DNA from: Syntrophales bacterium
Lineage (GTDB): Bacteria; Desulfobacterota; Syntrophia; Syntrophales; UBA2210
Direction of reading: 5' to 3'
Assembly: GCA_963666365.2 (NCBI GenBank)
Contig: CAXXNF010000002.1
Span: 2,336,001-2,400,000 of the forward strand
DNA length: 64,000 nucleotides
Of the stretch, positions 37,301 through 44,958 are shown piece by piece. How positions within the stretch are numbered: position 1 is the first letter of the stretch; each line of letters starts with the position of its first letter. Below the pieces are notes generated by a model. It was not told where the DNA came from and searched no databases. It saw only the letters and a program-made list of their open reading frames with translations. Both the position numbers and the translations under genes were made by a program.

Positions 37301-40300
37301 AAGGAAGGGCGACCTGGGTCGAAAGCGCCGTGCCGTATGCGGACTGGGCGGCAAGCGGGGTCTGACCCGCCGCCGAGGCGGCGCCCAGGTAAGTGTCGCC
37401 CGGATCAAGGGTCTGATCGACCGACAGATAGAGATAGTCGTTCCAGTCGGCCGCCGCCGGTTCGCTGCCCGAGTTGGTGACCTTCCAGGATATGGTCACG
37501 GTCTCGCCGAGTACGGCGGAGGCGGGCGCGGTGACATCACCGGCAGCGACAATAAGATTGGGTGCCGTCAGCGTGATGGCCGAATAGGCCAGGTTGTTCG
37601 TCTCGTCAGTCTCCCCCTGATAGCCGGAGGCGTCGGCCGCAAAGAGCAGATAGCGGCTCCCGATGCCCGTCTCGGGAAGGAAGAGATCCCTTGTTTCGGT
37701 GTACCCGGCATTCGGCGCCAGCGGCCTCTGCGTGTACGGCGGCACGGTAAAGCTTCCCAGCAGGGTGTCCCCTTCGTCCAGCGCCGTGTCATCGGAGAGA
37801 TAGACACTGTCGTACCACCCCGTGGTGGTGTCATACTGTCCGATATTCTCTACGGTCCAGCTCACCGTGATCGTCTCGCCCAGCACTGCCGACGCGGGGG
37901 CGGTTACCGCGGTCACGTCCAGATCGGGGGCGTTCACCACTATCTGTACGGCATAGGAGTTGTTGGCGTCGTCCACTTCGGCCTGGTAGTTGCTCCCGTC
38001 GGCCTCGAAGATCAGCCACAGCACGCCGACGGAGTCGCCCGGCAGGGACATTGTATAATCGGACACCGTGTAGGAGGCGCCGCCGGCCAGACCGCCGGCA
38101 TTGTTCCGATAGACGCTCCTGAGCCTGGTGTCGAAGGCATCGAGGGTGTTGTCGCTGCTCAGATAGATGTAATCATACCAGCCGGAGGCATTTGCCGATC
38201 CCGTATGGTCGTTGGTGACGGTCCAGGAGACCTGGATGGACTGCCCCGCCGAGGCGGCGGCAGGGACCGTGGGTGCCGTCAGTATTTTCAGATCGGAGTT
38301 TTCAATGGTAATCGACCGCGCGCCGGCATAGGAATTGGCCTCCACGGGATAATTGTTCGTGTTGTCCGACTCACCCTGATTTCCGGTCCCCTGGTTGTAG
38401 GCGTAATCGGTGCAGAACTGGAGCCAGTAGACACTCGTCTGATCGGCAGGGTTGGGGAGTGTGATATTCGGCAGACGCATCTTGCGGGTCACCGTATAGG
38501 AACCCGCGGAGGAGGAGGTCACCCAGGCGGGGGCATACTCGGGGGAGGTGCTGTAGTAGCCGCCGATCATGGACCCGTCGTGACCGCCGGCGGAAGAATC
38601 CGCCGCGATCAGGCCGGCGCCGTCGTCGAATTTCCAGTAGCCTGCCAGACCCGTTTCGGAACCGGAGAGCGTCTGCGACCGGTCGGCCTCGATTTCGGGA
38701 CCGCTTCGGGCACGGTTCCACACCCGCACCTCGTCAATATAGCCATAGAAGTAGTCGGAGCGATCCGCGGGATTGCTGCCGATGACGACGTCCCTGTCGG
38801 CGGTGGCGTACTCGATGGCGCCGGTGGAGAAGGATTCTCCATCCTTATAGAAGGTAATGCCGAAGCCCACCTGGAAGACGGCGGCCAGGTGCTGCCATTT
38901 TCCCACCTCGACGGCAAGCCCCGTGTCTATGCTTTCGATCCCGTTGCAGACATGCCAGGTGTTCCCCTCCTGGAGGATGCTCCATTCCCTCCCATTGTAA
39001 TAATTGGATGTGCTGATCACATACCGCTGTCCCGAACTGCTCAACACCGGGAGGACCCAGGCCTCAAAGGTCGCCCCTGATCCCGCCGAGCTCTGATCGA
39101 TATTGAGTGTGGTTTCCACCCGTCCGTAGCTGCCGGAAAAGAGGAGCGCCGTCTGACCCTCGGACAGGAAAAAGCCCAGGTAGTCCTGCTGGGTGTACCC
39201 TTCATAGTCGGCGCCCCAGGCCTGCTCCTGGGAAAGGAAGATCATATCATACCACTGCCCTGCCGCGGGACCGTCGCCCTGATTTGTCACCGTCCAGGAG
39301 ACATCAATGACACCCTGGGAAGACCCTGAAGAGGGCGCTAAGGTTTCGGTTACCACCAGGTCGGGGGCAGGATTTATAGTGATCGGTATCGCCCGCGTGT
39401 TGTTGCCGCTGTCGGTCTCGCCCTGATAGTCGTAACGATTGGCGACCAGAATCAGGTAGAACTCACCGGGACTGGCCGGGTTGATCCGGAAGGAACCGCT
39501 GTTCGTGTAACTCGCGCCCGGCGCTAATGGAAGCAGATGGGCCGATGAAAAACTCTGCAGGTGGGTGTCGCCGTACTGATCGAAGACGGCGTCCGCAGAG
39601 AGGTACACATAATCATACAGATCGGAAGAGCCGGCCGCATAGGCCCCCTGGTTTTTCACCGTCCAGGAAAGCGTGATCAACTCGCCCCAGGACACCGTTT
39701 CGGGGGCCGTTACCGACGTGATGATCAGATCAGGTCCCTGCACATCGGCGGTCAGGGCCGCCACGTTATCCGTCTCGTTGGTCTCAAGGTAGTACCTGGA
39801 GTAATCGGTTACCACCAGGATATAGTATGACCCGGAGGGCATCGAGGGAATCTTCGCGTTCACGCTCTTCTCATAACTGTCGCCCGGCGCGAAGGGGGCA
39901 CCTTCAGAATAGTAATTGTACGTGGTGGTTAGACGCGTGTCATTATTGTCCCAGACGGCGTCGGTGGAAAGATAGACGGCGTCATAGATATAATACGTAT
40001 AAGAGGTGGAACCGGTGTTGGTCACCGTCCAGTCCACCATCACCTCCATCCCCATGAGCGCCGTGTCCGTTCTGGCCGGTGTGTAGATGATCCGGGCGAG
40101 ACCCTTTCCGGTGTCGTTCGACCGGTACCATGTCGACGGGTCCGAGACACCTACCCTATAGGTCCCGGCAGAAAGGGTGACATTGACCTCGGCGGTCCAG
40201 TCATAGGAACCTTCGCTCACGGCCGTCCAGGCGCCCACGGTCGATCCGTCCTGTCTATAGACGGACAGCGTCACCTGAGGTGCATTGTAGGAATGCCTCG

Positions 40301-42911
40301 TGGTGATCGAAGCAATCGTGGCCTCTTCCGCCAGCGTAAATGTCATAGGAACTGTGGGGGCGGTATAAGAATGAGAATCACCCAAGTTTCCCGTCGTGAC
40401 CGGTGCCGGGGTCCAGGAGGCGCCGCTTATGGTCAGGTTCCCCTCCCCCAGGGTCAGGGCGACGGCACGCACGTTGTTCGCTCTGTTCAGTTCGCTGCCG
40501 CTTGGATTTCCATAATAATCAACTCCCGTCACCACCAGGAGATACTTGTTCCCCGGCAGCGCCGTCGAGGGGATGGTGACGCTTTTTTCGACCTGGTACG
40601 AGGCGCCGGGGCCGAAGGGCGCACTGAATCCCTCGGCATAACTTGCATACTGATATCCCATGCTCGTATCTTCCTGGTCCCAGACCTGATCATCGGAAAG
40701 GTAAAATCTGTCGTACCAATTGGTAGTGAATGTGTTTGCATCACCACTGTTCCTGACCGTGTACGTCACAGTAAGTGAAAGATTATTGCCGCCGACGACA
40801 CTGCGATCCGTGCTAGCAGCGGTCACTTCCAGGTCGGGTGAGGGCATGTCAACAGCCACGGCAGCGACATTGTTGGTTTCCGATCCTTCCACAAGACTGT
40901 TGTTGACATCCGCGACGAACAACAGATAGGCGCCGGTCCGATTCGTGGGCAGCGTGATGCTCATAGTACGGTCGAAGGTGCCGCCCGAATCCAGGGTGCC
41001 GGATTCGTACTTCTCCCAGTAATAGCTGCTGTAATCATCGCTGGAGAGGACGCTGTCATAGGATAGATAGACCTTATCATACCAGTACTGGTAGGTAGCC
41101 CCGTCACCCTGATTGGCCGTCGTCCAGGATACCTGTATGGTTTCGCCGGCCGTCGTCGTGCCGCTGTCGACGGAGGCACCGGTAATCGTAAGATCGGGGG
41201 GAATGAAGTGCACCGATATCGCTTCGGCCCGGACATTGTTCGTTTCACTGCTCTCGGGCTGCAGGCCGGTATAATCGGCCCTGAAGAGCAGGTGCGTCCA
41301 GGCACCGTAGGGAATGGTTACGTTCTGATTGACCGTATAGGATTCACCCGCGGCCAGACCGCCCCGGCGCTCTACTGAGATCAAAAAGGGATCGGCCTCG
41401 TCCCACAGGTTATCGGTAGAGACATAGACCCGGTCCCACCAGCTTGTGATGCCCGCCGCCGCATCGCCCCCATTGGTCACGGTCCATGAAACGTCCACCG
41501 CGGCGCCGGCATCCACCGTTTCCGTGGGGACCGTCGCGGCGCTCACCGTCAAATCGGCCCCAGGAGGCGACACCGTCGCGGGCGCGGCAGCGCTGATATT
41601 GTTCGTGCGGTCCGCCTCCATGGCGCCCGTCGCGGTCGGCGGATTGACAACGGCAAAGAAATTGGTCGATCCGACGGGAACGGCGCTTCCCGGCGCAAAG
41701 GTCACCGTGCCGGACGCATTTCCTCCGGCGGACACAGTGCCGAGACCGTCAATGGGAAACTCACCTACGTAGGTATCGCCGTACTGGTCCCAGGTCTGAT
41801 CGGGCGATGCATAGACGCCGGCATACCATTGGCCGTTCAATCCCGTGGCGTCATCCGGCCCGGCATTCGCCACGGAGAGCGTGGCTGTCACCGGCGAACC
41901 GGAAATCACCTCGGCGGGGACGGTGAAAGAATTCACCGACAGATCGAAATTCGGTTGCAGGGTAATCGTCAGTGTGTAGGCGCCGGTAACACCAGTACCA
42001 AGGCTCGTTGCTCTGGCAACATAATTTACACCTTGTTCTGCGGTGAATATTATCCGTGAATTGAGTCCCTCTCCACTATCGTCGTCTGACTTAATTGAAG
42101 CACCGGTGTCTCCATTCACAAGATAGAGATAGGCGTCGAAATTCGCTACCAGATCGATGGTGATGGGCTGACCCGCCTGAAAGGACACATAGTCGCTCAG
42201 CAGATAGTCATCGTAATACTTCCCTGTGCTCAGGGGGTTATCGGGATCATCGGCCGTGAGTTCCCCTTCGATGACCTCGGTCCCCGCGGCCATCGGCGCC
42301 GCGGCCAGAGGGATCAGTTCCAGCGGCTCACAGACCAACGCGCTTCCGGCATACACCTCTCCGTCACTGCCGTCGGTTTCGGAATTACTGGTAATTTCAA
42401 GGATACCTTGCCCCGAGGGGGGGCTGTGGGGCGCCGTCAGTGTGGCGACCATCATCTCCGTCACGGACACATACCCGGCCGCGGGACGCCCCTGATCGGT
42501 AACAAGCAGATTTTCCTCATGGTTTTCAGTCCCTGGCAGCCCCTCGGCAGTGCTCAAGAACAGGGAAATTTCTTCCGCCGGCAGGCCTTCATCGACCGCT
42601 TCATCCTGTGACGGATCGTCACCACTCGATTCGACTGCGGTCAGAGAAAGGGCGTCCGCGAGGGGAAGTCCTTCAAAAAGGTCTGATGCATAGAGTAAGG
42701 CCGAGGGGGCGGCATCGCCCGTATCGGCAGGGGATTCCACCGTTGTGACGGGCACTTCGATCGGCGATTCCGGTTCCCGCAGGTCAGCATCAAAGGTATC
42801 GGCCACCGCGGCATAGAGGTACGACGCCGCAGGCGCCATATCCGCGGACAAGAGCACCCTGGGTTCAAGCCCCTCGAGCTCAAATCGGTTATGTGGGTCA
42901 CCCTTTGCCAT
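31389..42911 (-). CDS. N-terminal part (3840 aa) of giant extracellular protein: LEPRxLL motif, PPC-like domain, about 26 CARDB-like repeats, inserted LamG domain
   Basis: FELEGLEPRVLLSAD at the N-terminus; repeated PDL.V....P......VSWTV.N.G.....W.D.VYLS.D...E..E.NN; LamG signature FYGYIDEVRVWNRAR...LAGYWKFDDG. The last ~17 residues after the G8 tract do not fit the repeat consensus. Confidence 0.9.
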   Translation of the reverse strand: MAKGDPHNRFELEGLEPRVLLSADMAPAASYLYAAVADTFDADLREPESPIEVPVTTVESPADTGDAAPSALLYASDLFEGLPLADALSLTAVESSGDDPSQDEAVDEGLPAEEISLFLSTAEGLPGTENHEENLLVTDQGRPAAGYVSVTEMMVATLTAPHSPPSGQGILEITSNSETDGSDGEVYAGSALVCEPLELIPLAAAPMAAGTEVIEGELTADDPDNPLSTGKYYDDYLLSDYVSFQAGQPITIDLVANFDAYLYLVNGDTGASIKSDDDSGEGLNSRIIFTAEQGVNYVARATSLGTGVTGAYTLTITLQPNFDLSVNSFTVPAEVISGSPVTATLSVANAGPDDATGLNGQWYAGVYASPDQTWDQYGDTYVGEFPIDGLGTVSAGGNASGTVTFAPGSAVPVGSTNFFAVVNPPTATGAMEADRTNNISAAAPATVSPPGADLTVSAATVPTETVDAGAAVDVSWTVTNGGDAAAGITSWWDRVYVSTDNLWDEADPFLISVERRGGLAAGESYTVNQNVTIPYGAWTHLLFRADYTGLQPESSETNNVRAEAISVHFIPPDLTITGASVDSGTTTAGETIQVSWTTANQGDGATYQYWYDKVYLSYDSVLSSDDYSSYYWEKYESGTLDSGGTFDRTMSITLPTNRTGAYLLFVADVNNSLVEGSETNNVAAVAVDMPSPDLEVTAASTDRSVVGGNNLSLTVTYTVRNSGDANTFTTNWYDRFYLSDDQVWDQEDTSMGYQYASYAEGFSAPFGPGASYQVEKSVTIPSTALPGNKYLLVVTGVDYYGNPSGSELNRANNVRAVALTLGEGNLTISGASWTPAPVTTGNLGDSHSYTAPTVPMTFTLAEEATIASITTRHSYNAPQVTLSVYRQDGSTVGAWTAVSEGSYDWTAEVNVTLSAGTYRVGVSDPSTWYRSNDTGKGLARIIYTPARTDTALMGMEVMVDWTVTNTGSTSYTYYIYDAVYLSTDAVWDNNDTRLTTTYNYYSEGAPFAPGDSYEKSVNAKIPSMPSGSYYILVVTDYSRYYLETNETDNVAALTADVQGPDLIITSVTAPETVSWGELITLSWTVKNQGAYAAGSSDLYDYVYLSADAVFDQYGDTHLQSFSSAHLLPLAPGASYTNSGSFRINPASPGEFYLILVANRYDYQGETDSGNNTRAIPITINPAPDLVVTETLAPSSGSSQGVIDVSWTVTNQGDGPAAGQWYDMIFLSQEQAWGADYEGYTQQDYLGFFLSEGQTALLFSGSYGRVETTLNIDQSSAGSGATFEAWVLPVLSSSGQRYVISTSNYYNGREWSILQEGNTWHVCNGIESIDTGLAVEVGKWQHLAAVFQVGFGITFYKDGESFSTGAIEYATADRDVVIGSNPADRSDYFYGYIDEVRVWNRARSGPEIEADRSQTLSGSETGLAGYWKFDDGAGLIAADSSAGGHDGSMIGGYYSTSPEYAPAWVTSSSAGSYTVTRKMRLPNITLPNPADQTSVYWLQFCTDYAYNQGTGNQGESDNTNNYPVEANSYAGARSITIENSDLKILTAPTVPAAASAGQSIQVSWTVTNDHTGSANASGWYDYIYLSSDNTLDAFDTRLRSVYRNNAGGLAGGASYTVSDYTMSLPGDSVGVLWLIFEADGSNYQAEVDDANNSYAVQIVVNAPDLDVTAVTAPASAVLGETITVSWTVENIGQYDTTTGWYDSVYLSDDTALDEGDTLLGSFTVPPYTQRPLAPNAGYTETRDLFLPETGIGSRYLLFAADASGYQGETDETNNLAYSAITLTAPNLIVAAGDVTAPASAVLGETVTISWKVTNSGSEPAAADWNDYLYLSVDQTLDPGDTYLGAASAAGQTPLAAQSAYGTALSTQVALPSTWTASTSYLLVLADGSRTQGETSENDNVTAVALTLTAPDLVVSWVAVPTAAASSEALQLSWKVANSGSSPALRAWSDGVYLSEDTLFDPEVDTRIGVFSASDRVPLASGAFYTTIKSVRLPALAAGTYYLFVAADVYNNQGESNEGNNVTAPAMLTVSVPDLRVDQVTGPSKAAPGAAVEISWTITNASTTVQAPGDWRDLVYLSSDTVLNTGTDRFVHAEDVAALTPLAPGASYTVTRMVTLPQVSVGTWYLFVKADGYDEQGESDETNNTGMSAALTIEIPDLTVTSVTAPSQAAVQQSITVFWTVSNAGQGGAYGNWYDYVYLSYDQTLTNDDELVGSFSASAFSPLAAGATYTRSGVVTLPNSATDYKYLIVVTDGGKVQSESDETNNAGTAQAITIQQPPDLNLVAVSAPATAAVGQAVLLGWTVTNSGASTAYADWYDRIYLSSSQTLDQSARLLVSEYISAQTPLNAGASYSGSRQVVLPAGEVGTRYFIFVVNGDGVQGETSIANNTVVRQVVISDPDLQITAVTAPATASWGERISLSWTVVNQGTGAAMATWYDRVYLSTDDQWNPDTDILVLSLSAANHIPLAAAGGTYTVTTEANLPAGLSGAGYLIFVTDAGNGQVEANEGNNVKTQAITFNAADLIVTATTAPASASWGERIALSWTVKNDGNGPATKSWWDMVFLSDDTVYDSADTLLASFNISNTEALAAGGVYTVTRSAGNVVPIPASIGTGARYLLFVTDAYGQQSETDVANNTTAVALEVRSADLTVAATVPATAAAGKSLAVDWTVTNSGAGAATTGWTDAVFLSSDTTLDGADRLLATVVRSAALASGGSYSVSKSVNIPGGLTGNWYVIVATDHYKSQPEADEDNNTSVHMVALSAPDLVLSGVTHEATVKNGQVFAISYTVTNQGSAPADTGWYERAVLSQDDYFGNYDDITVGTFTQSQALAASGSVTRNTSVTIPWAVEGDYTLLVQVDVWNQVPESDEANNRYESTVTIEYATPPADLQVDAVTVPATALTGGQIAVAWRVTNHGTAATLATAWWDRVYLSTDAVLDVNSDRNLGTFVHSGSLGSNESYGMAVDIAIPQDLLPLDTDQGTYRILVLTDVYNQVNEPGEEGNNAAASIGAVTITQAPLPDLVVTAVAGPVAVVGQSAAVSWTVENKGQAAAGASWIDRLYLADGQGGETLLGAFTRTETLAVGSTYTRTETVTVPVLPDGQYTWMVRTDAANAVYERGTAEDNNRKDSAPVTLVHGDLQVSSVQAPSDALSGTAVNVTWTVANNGSGPAGPDWIDRIYLSTDASLSAGDVLLGEKVHTGILAATGTYSETLSVTLPNGIEGAYYLLVKTDAAGEIVEGDGLEDDVGVSSVMEVELAPYADLAVSAVAAPQQIIGDPADLTVSWTVANQGTGAGPVDTWTDAVILSRNEVLGDGDDWIVGRFTHSGLMPVGTSYQRSETILLPASTQGRFTLFVVTDIDDAVYEHTGDGANQAGPGYFVDIMLRPYADLTVVSVDVADAVTTGVPFTLSWTVTNSGIGPTSVPEWADAVYLGTTADMAGAKELGRFTHVGNITPDGTYSRTVEITLPLDLVIAEPMTATRYLFVKTAVSGGPYEFIYGASAQSTNNVKVSDPVQVTYTVAPRSDLVVETVTAPESAKDGDAVDITWTVRNEGPSALTGTWVDAIFVAPNGDRSKAVRIGSFTMTQGLGAGLSYTRTENFRLPKYISGVYEVFVRTDVNGAVLDPDRTNNDTAWDSITVQLYERPDLQVTSMTIPATVTAGAVVDVEWVVSNLGDAATPTGGSRWYDGVYLSLDNKLDGGDLQLGWVQNGSALAIGEQYSSYGNWRIPQAAQGLMYIIVKVDASNSVDEFDPVAGENNNTRAQSLTVDAQPVPPPDLVVSNVAGPTEVFDGSQITVYYRVTNKGAGVTFPATWTDSLWLSADKTAPGGEGRLPDRIGDPHGRPRSG
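31445..31452 (-). repeat. G8 homopolymer (C8 on + strand) at the frameshift point of the giant gene
   Basis: Minus strand reads gcg ccG GGG GGG Gag gga aga. With 7 G it reads ...ccg ggg ggg agg gaa gac ttc cgg atc gga tcg gcg acc cac acg ggc gcc ctc gaa gtg ggt gag tac and joins the 6525-aa frame. Confidence 0.9.
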
Positions 42912-43037
42912 GCCGCTTCCCGGAAAAACGGAGGTCTTCTAATAACGTATTCATTGCGGAGCTTTTAACGAGCAGTTGCACGCAACGTCTCGGAATCTCT
43001 TACCCTGGAAAAACCTACCCTGGGAACATATATATCA

Positions 43038-43066
43038 ATTATAAGGGTACGTTCTCTCCAGACCAA
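43038..43066 (-). promoter_or_regulatory. Sigma70-type promoter candidate P2 for the giant gene (TTGGTC-17-TATAAT)
   Basis: Minus strand ttggtc tggagagaacgtaccct tataat. Confidence 0.5.
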
Positions 43067-43081
43067 GATACTCTGACTTGT

Positions 43082-43110
43082 ATTTTAAGTGCTCCCCTCA
43101 TGCTTGTCAA
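43082..43110 (-). promoter_or_regulatory. Sigma70-type promoter candidate P1 for the giant gene (TTGACA-17-TAAAAT)
   Basis: Minus strand ttgaca agcatgaggggagcact taaaat, a near-consensus match about 170 bp upstream of ATG 42911. Confidence 0.65.
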
Positions 43111-43155
43111 TACGCTTTTTTGTGATATTGCTCACACACCATTTTCCGATAGAGG

Positions 43156-44697
43156 TTACTTTTTCAGCGCTTCTTCGCGAAGCACCGTTTTCAGAACCTT
43201 CTGCATGGCGTTTTTTGGCAGTGCATCGCGAAATTCCACTACCGCCGGTTTTTTGTAGCTTGCCATGCGATCGCGGCAGTATTCAATAATTTCTTCTTCC
43301 GTCGCCTCTTCCCCCCTTTTGAGCACAAGGACCGCCTTCACGATTTCACCCCAGTACTCATCATGGACCCCGATTACGGCGGCCTCTTCGATTTTCGGGT
43401 GTTTGTGCAGCACCGCCTCGATTTCCACGGGATAGATGTTTTCGCCGCCGCGGATGATCATATCCTTCTTTCTGCCGCTGAGATACATGTATCCGTCCTC
43501 ATCCATGCAGGCAAGATCACCCGTATGCATCCATCCCCCTTTCAGAGCCTCCGCCGTGGCCTCCTCGTTTCTCCAGTAGCCCTTCATCACCTTGGGACTG
43601 CGGGAAACAATTTCTCCGACCTCGCCGTGGGGAAGTTCCCGATCGTTGTCGTCGAAGATACGCGCCTCCCCTTCCGGTATGGAACGACCGATGCCTGAAA
43701 GCCGGTGGATTTTTTTGTCCACTGTTTCTTTGTCCCCTTCGAGATAATGATCTTCAGGTCCCAGCACGGCGACAATGCCCGTCGTCTCGGTCATGCCGAA
43801 GAAATTGGTAAAGTCGGCTTTGAGGACTTCCTTGGCCCGCAAGAGCAGAGTGACCGGCATCGGTGAGGCGCCATAGCCGATATGGGTAAGGGAATCGGTA
43901 TTCCGTGTTGCGAAATCGGGATGGTCAAGCACGGCCTGGAGCATGGTGGGAACAAGATAGGTGGTGTTCACCCGCTCCTTTTCAACGATCTCCAGGAAGA
44001 CACCGGCATCGAAGGCCGGGAGAATAATCATGGTATCGCCGCGATATAGAGGGAGCGAGATACAGACGATGCCGGCGATATGGTACATGGGCACATTGAT
44101 CAGGAGCGTGCCGGGACCGAATGTGTGGGTGTCGGTCAGCGGGGTCAGCATGTTTGCATGGGTAATCATCGCCCCCTTGGGCAGTCCCGTGGTACCGCTC
44201 GTATAAATGATGCAGGCCGTATCGTCGTCCGCCATGGGAAGGGGTGAAAACACTTCCGGTGATTGCGAGGACAATGCCTTTTCGTAGGGTTCCGTGCCGG
44301 CCTTCTGCTCTCCCATGCAGAGAATATGTTCCACCGAGGGAATCTCCGGACGGATGGACTCTATCATGTCCACATACCGATCTCCCACGATAAGCACCTT
44401 GGCCGCGGAATTGTTGAGAATGTACTTCGTTTCTTCCCCTCGCAACCTGAAGTTCAATGTCACTATAATTGCGCCAACCTTCTCAATGGCATAAACCATT
44501 TCGGCAAACTGAAAGCAGTTCACCTGAAAAATGGCAATGCGGTCGCCCGGTGTGACGCCGACGCTGACAAAATACCGGGCAAGCCGGCTCGCCCGCTCCT
44601 CAACCTGCCGAAAGGTCAGGCGGTGATCTCCCTCTATTATGCAGATGTTGTCGGCACACTCTCTGCATACCTTTTCGATATTCACTGCTACGTTCAT
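43156..44697 (-). CDS. Acyl-CoA synthetase / long-chain-fatty-acid--CoA ligase
   Basis: IYTSGTTGLPKG, FGMTET, GWMHTGDL, GRKKDMIIRGGENIYP.EIE, LPKNAMQKVLK. Confidence 0.92.
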   Translation of the reverse strand: MNVAVNIEKVCRECADNICIIEGDHRLTFRQVEERASRLARYFVSVGVTPGDRIAIFQVNCFQFAEMVYAIEKVGAIIVTLNFRLRGEETKYILNNSAAKVLIVGDRYVDMIESIRPEIPSVEHILCMGEQKAGTEPYEKALSSQSPEVFSPLPMADDDTACIIYTSGTTGLPKGAMITHANMLTPLTDTHTFGPGTLLINVPMYHIAGIVCISLPLYRGDTMIILPAFDAGVFLEIVEKERVNTTYLVPTMLQAVLDHPDFATRNTDSLTHIGYGASPMPVTLLLRAKEVLKADFTNFFGMTETTGIVAVLGPEDHYLEGDKETVDKKIHRLSGIGRSIPEGEARIFDDNDRELPHGEVGEIVSRSPKVMKGYWRNEEATAEALKGGWMHTGDLACMDEDGYMYLSGRKKDMIIRGGENIYPVEIEAVLHKHPKIEEAAVIGVHDEYWGEIVKAVLVLKRGEEATEEEIIEYCRDRMASYKKPAVVEFRDALPKNAMQKVLKTVLREEALKK

Positions 44698-44847
44698 AGT
44701 ACACTCCCCCTATACAATTCAGTTCACTGTTTTCACAAGGCGCCTTTCTGAGATATTTACCACAAAACCTGCACAGGCGAAATTTATTTATCAGCTTTCG
44801 GTCTCATGAAATGCCTCTGTCATCTTCCGATCGGAACGGAAAGATTC

Positions 44848-44877
44848 TTGACAGGTATTGAAAATTGCTGGTATGGT
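44848..44877 (+). promoter_or_regulatory. Sigma70-type promoter candidate for fbp-aldolase (TTGACA-18-TATGGT)
   Basis: ttgacaggtattgaaaattgctggtatggt about 80 bp upstream of the fbp start. Confidence 0.45.
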
Positions 44878-44958
44878 TCCACGTTGTCCGGTATCCGGAG
44901 CTTGGAAGCAGTTCTCCTCTCCATACAACTCAGTTGCAGTGAAAATGAAAGGATTATC

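Noticed and set aside
43005..43025. cagggtaggttt as an RfaH ops element
   Set aside because: Only a partial match to GGCGGTAG; kept only as an unexplained direct repeat.
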